Below, one piece after another: positions 1-8,865 of a stretch of DNA of 64,000 nucleotides. Position 1 is the first letter of the stretch; every line of letters begins with the position of its first letter. Below the pieces are notes generated by a model. It searched no databases. It saw nothing but the letters and a program-made list of their open reading frames with translations, and was not told where the DNA came from. The stretch spans positions 9,760 to 73,759 of IMG/VR virus record IMGVR_UViG_3300009171_000001; one strand, written 5' to 3'. Origin of the DNA: a virus. The position numbers and the translations under genes were made by a program.

Positions 1-304
1 CTTTTTGTTTCTCAGTAAGATGACCACCTTTATTTGCTCCAGGATGTCCCATAAGCGAATTACTAATTTTCCTTTTCGTCTCATTTGAAGTTATGTGTCC
101 TTTGAGACCTTCACTAATACGCCTCCGCTCATCTACAGATGGTATTCTTCCAAATGTTTTACTTGGGGGCATAGTTTGAAATCGAATTTTCTGGGCCTTA
201 CTCATTTTTCTTTTCTGTTCTGGAGTTCTCTTTTTACCCCGTAAAGAGGCTGCCCTTCTTGCTATCCAAATATCAGTATGATGTTTTATATGATTGTTGG
301 CCAT
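1..304 (-). CDS. NUMOD3-motif homing endonuclease-like protein (N-terminal part; runs off window)
   Basis: Own translation: MANNHIKHHTDIWIARRAASLRGKKRTPEQKRKMSKAQK...VDERRRISEGLKGHITSNETKRKISNSLMG. Repeated (T/S)xExKRK(M/I)S NUMOD3 motifs. ATG overlaps the upstream stop (TAATG). Confidence 0.7.
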   Translation of the reverse strand, partial: MANNHIKHHTDIWIARRAASLRGKKRTPEQKRKMSKAQKIRFQTMPPSKTFGRIPSVDERRRISEGLKGHITSNETKRKISNSLMGHPGANKGGHLTEKQK

Positions 305-462
305 TAAAATCCTATTAATTCCAGCCGCGTAGCATCATAATCATCTGTACTACAATGTTCGGTAACTAAAGCATTAGCTACTTCAATAAATGGAGTTAAA
401 CTTATTGTGGCATCCACCTCAATAATTCCACCCACAGCTTCAGCCGTTGTTCTCACTGCCAT
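304..462 (-). CDS. Truncated N-terminus of a head-completion/head-tail adaptor protein (52 aa)
   Basis: Own translation: MAVRTTAEAVGGIIEVDATISLTPFIEVANALVTEHCSTDDYDATRLELIGF*. Resembles phage adaptor N-termini; lies downstream of the capsid genes; RBS GAGG upstream. Confidence 0.55.
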   Translation of the reverse strand: MAVRTTAEAVGGIIEVDATISLTPFIEVANALVTEHCSTDDYDATRLELIGF

Positions 463-474
463 AATAATTTCCTC

Positions 475-1104
475 TTACATTAACTTGCGGACAGATTCCC
501 TCACACCCGATGTTTCCTGTGATTCCTGGAGAATCGCTTTTGCTACCACCACATCAGTTACAACCGGATTGGCCAACAGAGTATTTACAGAATGAACAAG
601 GCCGGAGCTCACTTTCTTTGCCCGCTTGGCAAGAATAGTCCCTATTGTTCCAGCAAGAATACCCCCCAGCGTTATCAAAGGGCCAACGGGAGCTGGTATC
701 AGGGGACCAACCTGAGAAGCCGCTTGACCATACAGAATTAACTCATCGGCATAGGTTACGTCTTTGTCTTTAAGTTCAAGGAGTTTGGCTTGCCATATAT
801 TTATCTGGGCATCAATCTGTGCCTTCTTCTCGGCCACAACCGTAGCCTGAGCTATAGCATTAGTAAGTAATGCTTGAATCTTCTCCCGTTCAGGCAAGGC
901 CAAATTTGGGTCTGCCAATACCGTCTGCATTTCAATCATCCCTTGCCGCAAGGTTGTCAACTGCTCAGTCATCGCGGTCGAGGCTTCGTTAGCTTTTGCC
1001 ACAATACCTTCAAGCAAGTCCAACCGTTCTCTACTGTCTGTACCACAACCACCAATAAGCAGAGAAATCATAAGTATAACCATCATTAAATAACAACGCC
1101 GCAT
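475..1104 (-). CDS. Lipoprotein with coiled coil and C-proximal hydrophobic segment
   Basis: Signal peptide with lipobox LIGG-C, long heptad region, hydrophobic PLITLGGILAGTIGTILA followed by KRAKK. Confidence 0.6.
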   Translation of the reverse strand: MRRCYLMMVILMISLLIGGCGTDSRERLDLLEGIVAKANEASTAMTEQLTTLRQGMIEMQTVLADPNLALPEREKIQALLTNAIAQATVVAEKKAQIDAQINIWQAKLLELKDKDVTYADELILYGQAASQVGPLIPAPVGPLITLGGILAGTIGTILAKRAKKVSSGLVHSVNTLLANPVVTDVVVAKAILQESQETSGVRESVRKLM

Positions 1105-1796
1105 AATTCACTTCCTTTCTGTGCATCTTTAGGTTCGTCATCTTTTACAACCCTTTGATGCTTAGCCCAAAATTCTTTTGTTCCAATTTTTGGAAATACA
1201 ATCAAACTACTATCATCTGTCACATTTACTACTGAACAATTTGGAAACTTTTCCTTCAAATCCCTATTAACATAACCAAACGCTACCAACATTCTGGCAT
1301 ATACATCTTTAGATGGTTTGTCTATCTGAAAATTGTGCCAGTTAGGATTATTATTATCGTCAAGGTGCATATCAAAACCAAGCAGATATATGTTATTTGC
1401 ACCGAACAATAAAGCCAAATTGATAGCCGTGGCACCAGAGCTGGCATTATATCCTAAAGCATCACGATGAAGGCCACGTGTTTGTCGTTGCATAATCTTA
1501 ATCCACGGTTCATTGCATCCTATCAACTGGTTGCAATTAGTAACAACAGGACCAGTAAATTTGGCAAGCTCTTCATATACACCAACTCTTGGCTTTTTAC
1601 CATCGTATAGAAATTTGCGGTCAACAAAAACACATACCTTGCAAATCTCAGGCCCCAAACGAAAGGCGTTGTTGCAACCTATCGTATTCTCATCCCGTAA
1701 CAATTCCCAATCAAAGTTACGAAGTGATGGGCCACCACCTATGATAAAAGCATCTTGACCTTGCCAAATTGGCTCTGGATTCCACCAATTGACCAT
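1086..1796 (-). CDS. MptE/Maf (DUF115)-like putative glycosyltransferase
   Basis: IIGGGPSL, IGCNNAF, SSGATAINLA, IYLLGFDM motifs; paralogous to the N-half of 57929-59218. Confidence 0.65.
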   Translation of the reverse strand: MVNWWNPEPIWQGQDAFIIGGGPSLRNFDWELLRDENTIGCNNAFRLGPEICKVCVFVDRKFLYDGKKPRVGVYEELAKFTGPVVTNCNQLIGCNEPWIKIMQRQTRGLHRDALGYNASSGATAINLALLFGANNIYLLGFDMHLDDNNNPNWHNFQIDKPSKDVYARMLVAFGYVNRDLKEKFPNCSVVNVTDDSSLIVFPKIGTKEFWAKHQRVVKDDEPKDAQKGSELCGVVI

Positions 1797-1799
1797 ATT

Positions 1800-2270
1800 T
1801 CACTCCAGACGCTCGGTAATAAAATCATTCACCTGAGACCGTAATATAGGCCCATTTGTGGTCAAGACTTTCCCTTCCTTATCAGTAATAGTGTACTTGT
1901 GGTCTTTATACAGTATATGCAAACCCAATGCACGAGCACGTGTAAATTTCAGAGTGACATCCTTGCCAGGAAGATTAATAATATCCACAGCACCTTGCTT
2001 AACTGCTTCCGCAACGGCGGATTCCTTGGGACACGCTCCCGTGAGGGCCGTTTGTCCCAAGGTTGTATCCGCTTTCGGGAGGAGGCTTTCTGCTTCCTTA
2101 TCTGTCAAACGCCGAAATTTATTAGAACCAAACAAGGCTACCAAATCCTGTTTTGATTCAACTACAGGCTGCTCAAGGTAAATCCTTTCGCCCTGTTCGT
2201 TTCTACCCATCACTGTTTGGTATTTTTTTCCCAACTCAGTATGGATTCCATGTAGTAACTGAAAATACAT
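1800..2270 (-). CDS. Hypothetical virion-module protein
   Basis: 156-aa ORF with RBS directly after the major capsid gene. Confidence 0.6.
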   Translation of the reverse strand: MYFQLLHGIHTELGKKYQTVMGRNEQGERIYLEQPVVESKQDLVALFGSNKFRRLTDKEAESLLPKADTTLGQTALTGACPKESAVAEAVKQGAVDIINLPGKDVTLKFTRARALGLHILYKDHKYTITDKEGKVLTTNGPILRSQVNDFITERLE

Positions 2271-2337
2271 AATTTGTCCTTTCCTATTTTTTCATAGGTT
2301 AAAAACCAATCCAACCTAACAATACTTAGCCCTATTT

Positions 2338-3420
2338 TTAGCTGGTGCTACCGTGGACGATGCCAGTATTACCATCAATGTCTGCCCGAAGTTGCGGGAT
2401 GATAATACACATCACCTTGAAATTCTTCAACAAACCACCATGGGTGTCCCATTCCAAGGTCATTATATCCATCCCAATAACCATACGGATGGTGCTACTA
2501 TCCATTTCAAGCAAAATCACATTGTATGTGCTGTCTGCTGTATCCAGATAATCCAGTGTACGAACATCGGAAATACCGTCGATTTCCTTAATTCTATTCC
2601 GCAATGTCTTGTTGGGATAATTGGTGTTGAAATCATCATCCAAATACTTATCCCACGCTGAGGAATAATACAGGACAAATGGCCCATAATGTTTAGCATC
2701 TTGAGCGGTCTGCTTCATTGCCAGGATTTCAACCAGATGTGTAGCAGCCGTCCAACCAGTAGCAGTGGGGGATGTAATAGTGTCTGTGAGTCTGCTTGTA
2801 AAATTAGCCATCCCATAAATCGTCCCACCACCATAAGCATAGGAAGATAGACGGCCCAACGTGAGCTTTTCAACCATCTCAGCAACCTTACGACCAGCCA
2901 ATTCACCCATCGTAGTATCGAGCGGAGCGCCAGACTGACGCGAGGTTTGAATCTGTCGCAGCGAGAATTGGAAATCCTTATGGATGATTGGAAGGGGCAA
3001 GAAAGCCGATTCAAAGACCGGCCTATCATCCGCACCCAACCGCAAACCATCCATACTAATGGTGGCATCGTTGATGTCACTCATCTTTTGATATTCCAAT
3101 ACGGTTGTACCCATACCATTAGGCACACCATAAGTCAATCCAGACCCACGCAAATCAGCTACAACCCGCAGACGATTTCTGGCTGCCCGAAGAACCTGGG
3201 TGTCCAAATGTAGCCATGCTTCTTTTGTCAATGTGGCCTGTGTATTGGTGCGGATTGCTTCCAATTTACCGTTTCGATAAACGGTAACATAGGATTGTCC
3301 ATTCTCCGCAATATACGGACGCAGTACACCTGGGTCCATATTACATGCCATCAATTTAGATGCCATGTCTGGATTGCTGGACATGCCATTGAGGATAAAA
3401 TCTATTTGAGCATTTTGCAT
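2338..3420 (-). CDS. Major capsid protein (HK97 fold, encapsulin/linocin-like)
   Basis: 360 aa; LPLPIIHKDF.FSLRQ and YGMAN motifs typical of encapsulin-related phage capsids; strong RBS AAAGGAG; follows the protease and decoration genes. Confidence 0.85.
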   Translation of the reverse strand: MQNAQIDFILNGMSSNPDMASKLMACNMDPGVLRPYIAENGQSYVTVYRNGKLEAIRTNTQATLTKEAWLHLDTQVLRAARNRLRVVADLRGSGLTYGVPNGMGTTVLEYQKMSDINDATISMDGLRLGADDRPVFESAFLPLPIIHKDFQFSLRQIQTSRQSGAPLDTTMGELAGRKVAEMVEKLTLGRLSSYAYGGGTIYGMANFTSRLTDTITSPTATGWTAATHLVEILAMKQTAQDAKHYGPFVLYYSSAWDKYLDDDFNTNYPNKTLRNRIKEIDGISDVRTLDYLDTADSTYNVILLEMDSSTIRMVIGMDIMTLEWDTHGGLLKNFKVMCIIIPQLRADIDGNTGIVHGSTS

Positions 3421-3494
3421 TCTAAAGCTCCTTTCAATTAGTTTTTATTATTTTTTGTTATTTTTTCTGTTGATATCCTTTTGTACAATCTGAT

Positions 3495-3938
3495 TTATGC
3501 AATCTGGATGGCCTTGAGTGTGTCTTCTTCCAATGCATCAAATTCTGCTTCAGAGGCATCAATGTGACCAACTATATTGTCCAATTCAGTTGAAGTGGAC
3601 AAATTGGACACAAGAATAACATGTCCTGTACCATCACTGGCCACCTCTTGCCCAGGGCTACCAGTCTCTCCCGCAAGCATCAACAGGTTAAAAACTGAAC
3701 CTGGTGACATCACGGCAATGGAAACGATGTCATCTTCAGAATAATCTGTATCAACCCCATTACCCTGCAAAGCATCTTCCACAGCTACCATACGCCCGTG
3801 TCGGCCACCTTCATTGGAATGAGCTTGTACTTCGCCATCTGTAGTCATTTCCAAAATCATTCCAGGCTTAATGGTACCAGCAGCCACCGCCTCTTCATGT
3901 CGCCAATCACCTTTGTTATGTATTCTACGATATGCCAT
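3495..3938 (-). CDS. Capsid decoration/cement protein
   Basis: 147 aa between protease/scaffold and MCP; EAVAAGTIKPG...VAVEDALQG pattern. Confidence 0.65.
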   Translation of the reverse strand: MAYRRIHNKGDWRHEEAVAAGTIKPGMILEMTTDGEVQAHSNEGGRHGRMVAVEDALQGNGVDTDYSEDDIVSIAVMSPGSVFNLLMLAGETGSPGQEVASDGTGHVILVSNLSTSTELDNIVGHIDASEAEFDALEEDTLKAIQIA

Positions 3939-4011
3939 TCTGCTATCCTTTCAACAAGTATATTTACTGATTTTTATTTACTTTTTCTACTCAGATGAAT
4001 AAATGAAAGAA

Positions 4012-5841
4012 TTAACTTGCTTTCTTGTCAAAATTCATCGTGGGCAAAGCCAATGGTTCAACCGGCTTATCATCTGTCCCCGCACCATTCTGACCGAGGA
4101 AAATGGGAATCGTTCTGGGTGCTATATTTTCCTCAGTAGCCAGGTTTGCAATACCCCGCAAATCTTCAACACTTTTCGTTGCCAAATACTCTTTGGTAAA
4201 TATGTTGCGTTTGTTCGCTGTGATGGCTTCAATGAGATTCTTACGAACCTCTGCCGCCGTCCTTTTCGCCTCAAGCATCCCTTCCCTCAATGTAAGGGGA
4301 GCATTGGCAATATACTCATCTTCAGTCATTGCCTTCGGAGCGGCTGCCGGTTGAGCATTAGCTACGGGCAGCGGGGCAGCCGGATTTGGTTTGTCTTCCG
4401 GCTTGTTGACATCGGGGGACTTGGTCAACTCGGCCACATCTGCGTGCATATTCGTTAGCACCACTTCATCGAGAGCCATCAACACTGACCGATGCTCCTC
4501 AGTCCACGATGTCCTTTCGTTTTCTATGAGTTCATTTACAATTTTCTCTTTGTCCATCTTCTTACCTTTCAAAATAGGATTTTCTTTGTTTGTTGACAAT
4601 GTTATTTCTTTATATGTAACCTGACGCTCAACACTTACCGACAAACCTTCCAACCGCACCTGACCTTTATCTATCTTGTAATTTTGTCGGTACAATTTAC
4701 CATCCTTTTCATAGATGAAATAAGTATCAAACACATCAGTTATCCACGCATTATCCTCTTTAGCTATTAAAGCCCCCCGCAACAAGGTTTGTACAGAATC
4801 ATAACTTATCTCATTCATTATGATAGTTGAAACATTAGTTACACCCTTGTACTTAGCCACCCAAGTTTGGGCTTTGCCAAAATCCCACTTATCCCTCTTA
4901 AACAAATAGGCTTGCACAATGGTATTACCCTCCCCCTTCACATTTCCTATCACAACTTTGATGCCTTTGAGCTTATTAAGCCAAATCGTTTTGAAACTAC
5001 CCTCAACAAAAGGACCTGGTTCTTTTTGTTGCATACGGATGTATTCTTCCGTAACATCCACATCATTCTCTATAATAATCAAATCATCCCCAGATTGATT
5101 CATCCTCAATAATCCTGCCCCATCTGCTATCGAGCAAGCACCCTTCAAATCTGGCAACACAGCCAAATGGTCTGGTTGTATATTACGGGCTGTCCCGATG
5201 TAACTCTCCCCATTCCATTCGCCTGGTGTCCGCTCCAAATCCATAAACAAGCCGGTTGAGACTTCCATCACCTCATTATTCTCTATCGCCTCAGCCACCC
5301 TATTATCCACTGTTCTTATACGGGATGGGTCCAACCATGCTTCTGCCCCCAACTTTTTACTTTCATCATTGAAAGTAGTTTTCATCAACACCCCAATTTT
5401 CCGTGCAGTCAATTCTACAGGGTCACAAGCCGACACACCTATCCCATTCCGTTGTGGATGATAAACCACTACAGGTTTGTGATTCCATACAGCTGTCATT
5501 TTAGCCAATTCAGCAGCTGGATAGAATATGGGCCCATCACTACCATTATGAACCCCTTCCGTTATCATTTGTACCGGCCCCACCAACCAATCCCTATCCT
5601 CCATCGAATCATGCCGCACAACAGGTTTCAAATTAGTGACAATGTATTGAAACATTTTATTCGCTCCTTGTTGCAGATTCCCTACATAACCCGCTGCATG
5701 AGCAGCACGACCTTGAGCATTAGCTTTTTTAGTAGCTCTACTACGGGCGGCATCATCTCCACAAGTATAATAATACTTTTTGCCGTGCCCACCCCACTGC
5801 TGGAAGCAACCCTTTGCATCTTTACCCGAATGAGTTGGCAT
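4012..5841 (-). CDS. DUF2213-type prohead protease/scaffold
   Basis: WNHKPVVVYHP, EVSTG, NIQPDHLAVLP...GACS..DGAG motifs; Ala/Pro-rich scaffold-like C-terminus. Possible internal start (MFQYIV) with its own RBS near 5656. Confidence 0.8.
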   Translation of the reverse strand: MPTHSGKDAKGCFQQWGGHGKKYYYTCGDDAARSRATKKANAQGRAAHAAGYVGNLQQGANKMFQYIVTNLKPVVRHDSMEDRDWLVGPVQMITEGVHNGSDGPIFYPAAELAKMTAVWNHKPVVVYHPQRNGIGVSACDPVELTARKIGVLMKTTFNDESKKLGAEAWLDPSRIRTVDNRVAEAIENNEVMEVSTGLFMDLERTPGEWNGESYIGTARNIQPDHLAVLPDLKGACSIADGAGLLRMNQSGDDLIIIENDVDVTEEYIRMQQKEPGPFVEGSFKTIWLNKLKGIKVVIGNVKGEGNTIVQAYLFKRDKWDFGKAQTWVAKYKGVTNVSTIIMNEISYDSVQTLLRGALIAKEDNAWITDVFDTYFIYEKDGKLYRQNYKIDKGQVRLEGLSVSVERQVTYKEITLSTNKENPILKGKKMDKEKIVNELIENERTSWTEEHRSVLMALDEVVLTNMHADVAELTKSPDVNKPEDKPNPAAPLPVANAQPAAAPKAMTEDEYIANAPLTLREGMLEAKRTAAEVRKNLIEAITANKRNIFTKEYLATKSVEDLRGIANLATEENIAPRTIPIFLGQNGAGTDDKPVEPLALPTMNFDKKAS

Positions 5842-6052
5842 TCAAAAACACCAAAACAAAAACTTATTATCGGGCAATCCCCTTACCCTTGCTATAAAAG
5901 TATATATCAACAAAGATAAAGTCAAGAGAATTTTGAAAAATAGGAATGGAATTTTAGGAAAATAAGGAAGTGAAGTGCTTTATCTCTTTGCCATTATTGA
6001 ACTTACGGGGGAAATAATTAATTAAAAAATTTTCTAATCATTGCAAAAATAT

Positions 6053-6145
6053 CAGTCTGGCGGGCAGGTGCATTATGCGTAGTTTGCGCTAATAGGCTCA
6101 GACCTGCCACTGTCCATCGCCACTGACCACGCCGCCACCAGACTG
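6053..6145 (-). repeat. Hairpin/tRNA-like repeat element, copy 1
   Basis: Closing inverted repeat CAGTCTGG...CCAGACTG with inner GCAGGT/ACCTGC stem; shares GTCTGGYGGGCAGG with the copies at 6336 and 7291. Confidence 0.6.
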
Positions 6146-6149
6146 TTAT

Positions 6150-6311
6150 TTACTTCATAATTTCGAGCATGACTTTTGATGCTTTGCAAACATTTTCAAA
6201 TGCTCGAATTGCATCGGTTTTGGCATCATAATATACAAGAAAACGCCGACGAATCTCTTGTTCGCAGTCTGTACCGGCATCTTTAATAAGCACTATTCTA
6301 ACCTCGTACAT
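6150..6311 (-). CDS. Small hypothetical protein (53 aa)
   Basis: Own translation MYEVRIVLIKDAG...MLEIMK*; RBS AAGGAG; sits between two repeat elements. Confidence 0.5.
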   Translation of the reverse strand: MYEVRIVLIKDAGTDCEQEIRRRFLVYYDAKTDAIRAFENVCKASKVMLEIMK

Positions 6312-6335
6312 TTCATTTTCTCCTTTTCAAAAATA

Positions 6336-6424
6336 AGTCTGGCGGGCAGGATTCGACCGTTTTGACGCTTCATTGGCAGGTCAAAATCCATCGGCAATTT
6401 TCCGGTCTTGCCGCCGCCAGACTG
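6336..6424 (-). repeat. Hairpin/tRNA-like repeat element, copy 2
   Basis: AGTCTGGCGG...CCGCCAGACT closing stem; minus strand has T-arm-like GGTCGAATCCTGCC. Confidence 0.6.
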
Positions 6425-6523
6425 TTATTCTGGTCGAGATGCCAACCACCAGATAATAAATATTACTATACTTATTGCAACACCTATACTTAGGGGCAAC
6501 AACAATATGGTTATGTCGCTCAT
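6425..6523 (-). CDS. Small membrane peptide (32 aa)
   Basis: Own translation MSDITILLLPLSIGVAISIVIFIIWWLASRPE*; RBS AAGGAG. Confidence 0.5.
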   Translation of the reverse strand: MSDITILLLPLSIGVAISIVIFIIWWLASRPE

Positions 6524-6563
6524 TCTATTCTCCTTTTCAAAAAATTCAGCAGGATTTCCTTAT

Positions 6564-7046
6564 TCAATGTACCACTGTAAAATCTTTAATTTTATTAACT
6601 ATTTGATTAACCCGCTTACGAATAGTCTCTTTCGAGACACAATACTTTCGAGTCAACTCTAACACCGACAACTGGCATATGTACTTATCATAAAGAAGAA
6701 CAAAATCCTCTGCTGACACACAATCCCGCAATTCGATAAGAGTAGCATCATCTGTGGTAACTTGTTCTTCAATTTCTTTATGGATTTGTAACTCATTTTC
6801 CTTTTGCCAATATCGTGCCATTGCAAAAGCACAATCTAAATACCCATACTTTTTAGCCTCATCCAAATTTTTAGCATATCGCAACATCTTAAACCAACCA
6901 ACGCCTATCAATTCACCCTTCTCACACTCCTTTCCTACAATTCTACAGGCTTTCTTTTCTGCAGCCTCTAACATCCCCCAACAATCAGGATGCCAAAAAT
7001 TGGACTTATTTCGTAAAGGCCTTCCCTGAGCTCTACGAGTAATCAT
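6564..7046 (-). CDS. Sigma-factor-like/HTH protein
   Basis: C-terminal LSVLELTRKYCVSKETIRKRVNQI resembles a sigma region 4 HTH. Confidence 0.5.
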   Translation of the reverse strand: MITRRAQGRPLRNKSNFWHPDCWGMLEAAEKKACRIVGKECEKGELIGVGWFKMLRYAKNLDEAKKYGYLDCAFAMARYWQKENELQIHKEIEEQVTTDDATLIELRDCVSAEDFVLLYDKYICQLSVLELTRKYCVSKETIRKRVNQIVNKIKDFTVVH

Positions 7047-7050
7047 TTGT

Positions 7051-7263
7051 TCATTTTCCTTTTTTAGTTTTCTTGGCTCTTCTTACGGAGGTAGCCATTT
7101 CATACATAGTTTTTAAGTCTTTGTAATCAACCACCCAACCACCCCTATCCCCGTGTTTCAGTGAAATCCCATCTGTTATACGTCCACATGCATTTGGCCC
7201 AGGACTGAATACCAATCTTGATTCGGAATGACCCGCCACGATAAAAGTTATGTCTTTCATCAT
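7051..7263 (-). CDS. Hypothetical protein
   Basis: 70-aa ORF with AAGGAG RBS. Confidence 0.55.
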   Translation of the reverse strand: MMKDITFIVAGHSESRLVFSPGPNACGRITDGISLKHGDRGGWVVDYKDLKTMYEMATSVRRAKKTKKGK

Positions 7264-7290
7264 AGTCTAATTCTCCTTGCTCTAAAATAT

Positions 7291-7372
7291 CAGTCTGGTG
7301 GGCAGGATTTTATCCCGTTCACTGTGGCCTTTCACAACACGCTCGATTGCACGTCTGCATTCCGCCGCCGAG
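7291..7372 (-). repeat. Hairpin/tRNA-like repeat element, copy 3
   Basis: CAGTCTGGTGGGCAGGATT on +; minus strand reads GGCGGCGGAATGCAGACG (D-arm-like)...AATCCTGCCCACCAGAC. Confidence 0.5.
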
Positions 7373-7384
7373 GGCCGAGATAGC

Positions 7385-7618
7385 CTATTCGGAAACATGT
7401 AACCGAATCGTTAGCACCAACACATTTGGGTCTTCCACTGCCGGATGAATTGTCTGCCCAACAATCTCAATCCGCACCGTTCCCCCATATTGCATCTCAA
7501 CAACATTTGGATCAATGGACGGGACTGACCACACCCCAAACGGACGTGCTATAATTGTACTAACCACCATCAATGCCAAAACGGCCAAAACCATACATAT
7601 CAACCTATTTTTTTTCAT
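7385..7618 (-). CDS. Small exported/membrane protein
   Basis: N-terminal signal-like hydrophobic stretch; RBS AAGGA. Confidence 0.55.
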   Translation of the reverse strand: MKKNRLICMVLAVLALMVVSTIIARPFGVWSVPSIDPNVVEMQYGGTVRIEIVGQTIHPAVEDPNVLVLTIRLHVSE

Positions 7619-7672
7619 TTTTATTTCCTTTCCTAAATAATCAGGCCAAAATACCTCTTTTTATCAAGAAGA

Positions 7673-7870
7673 AGAAGGTAGCAAGTTATCATCCTTGAAT
7701 AGTCTATTAGTCTCGTCCCTGACCACCTTGCTACCTTCTGCTGCATATAAACTTTTAAGGTGTGTGGGGCAAGGGATAGCCCCACACCCATCTTAGAAAA
7801 GGAGACACTTGGTAGAACCCACGGTTCTACTTGTTGTTCCACGCCGGAGTTACTAAGCCACCACCGGCTG
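7673..7870 (-). ncRNA. Putative structured leader/ncRNA (four hairpins)
   Basis: Inverted repeats 7673-7685/7727-7739 (13 bp), 7759-7770/7779-7788, 7812-7819/7823-7830, 7843-7847/7864-7868; lies just downstream of a CAATAATAT motif. Confidence 0.4.
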
Positions 7871-7889
7871 GGCTCGTTCCCATTATACT

Positions 7890-7898
7890 ATATTATTG
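7890..7898 (-). promoter_or_regulatory. CAATAATAT putative phage promoter motif
   Basis: Same 9-mer precedes several gene blocks on the + strand. Confidence 0.45.
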
Positions 7899-8780
7899 CC
7901 TATCGTTTTTCCGTTTTTCCGTTTTTATTTCTGATGGTATCCAACAACAACGACAATTTGGATGAAGTGGTATTGTCCCCCTTGCCTCTTCCACAGTAAA
8001 TGTCTCACCTTCCCTCGCACCACACTCTTCACAAACCAAAGCATCCCCCGCAGTACTCCATTCAGCCATCAATCCCAATTCATCTACTCCCAACATTTGA
8101 AATGAATCCAATTGTCCCTCAGCATGTGCATGAATTATTTCTGTCCTGGCAATCATTCTGGCCCGTGTACGGGACAAACTACCTATGGACTTTCTCATTT
8201 CCCTTGCAATCTGTAATGGGGACGCTCCATGCATCAATCCATTTATTAAATGAGTACTCAATTGTTGACTCATTGAAGCAGTAATACCCTTCAATTGTTC
8301 AAATGAACGTGAACCCAACAATTGCAATTTACTCATCATTTCCGGTTGAGCAAAAGCCGTCCTCAAAAATTGTTCCCTACTCCCCAAATAGAAATCTGGT
8401 TGGGCCGATGCATACAAAATCCTATTAGCATCAATGTATGCCCTGGTCATACCCCGATGATAAGCAGATTCTATATATTCATATGTCCATGGTCGCCCAT
8501 ATATTCCCTTTCCAGACACGGTCAAAATACCAGCATTGACTTGATTGGCCAACCAACTTTGGAAAATCTGTAACTTTTGAGGATTAGTAGCAAAAGCATA
8601 ATGCCCTGTTGCATGAAGGACCAAAGGCTTTTCGGGTTTTTTCAAACCCAATGAATCTTCCTCTACCAACCATTTCAATATCTGAACATACAACCAATTG
8701 AAACGGCGTTTTATTTCCCCCAAGAATTTCCGTTGTAACAAGGTTGTCCTTGTAGGGTCATGTCTTATGGTTGTTGTCAT
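7893..8780 (-). CDS. Minor head/head morphogenesis protein (MuF, SPP1 gp7-like)
   Basis: RARMIARTE and VCEEC...IPLHPNCRC motifs. Confidence 0.9.
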   Translation of the reverse strand: MTTTIRHDPTRTTLLQRKFLGEIKRRFNWLYVQILKWLVEEDSLGLKKPEKPLVLHATGHYAFATNPQKLQIFQSWLANQVNAGILTVSGKGIYGRPWTYEYIESAYHRGMTRAYIDANRILYASAQPDFYLGSREQFLRTAFAQPEMMSKLQLLGSRSFEQLKGITASMSQQLSTHLINGLMHGASPLQIAREMRKSIGSLSRTRARMIARTEIIHAHAEGQLDSFQMLGVDELGLMAEWSTAGDALVCEECGAREGETFTVEEARGTIPLHPNCRCCWIPSEIKTEKRKNDRQ

Positions 8781-8792
8781 ACGTATCCTTTC

Positions 8793-8850
8793 AAAAAGTA
8801 GAAGGCCCGTTGCTTGGGGATTAATTCAAAACGCTTGGCGGGCCTTCTAC
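8793..8850 (-). terminator. Putative intrinsic terminator/hairpin after the portal gene
   Basis: GTAGAAGGCCCG/CGGGCCTTCTAC inverted repeat followed by T5 on the minus strand. Confidence 0.5.
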
Positions 8851-8865
8851 CTAAATTATCTAATC

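Noticed and set aside
2338-3420. Bacterial encapsulin nanocompartment
   Set aside because: Context (terminase, portal, protease, decoration) shows it is the phage major capsid protein.
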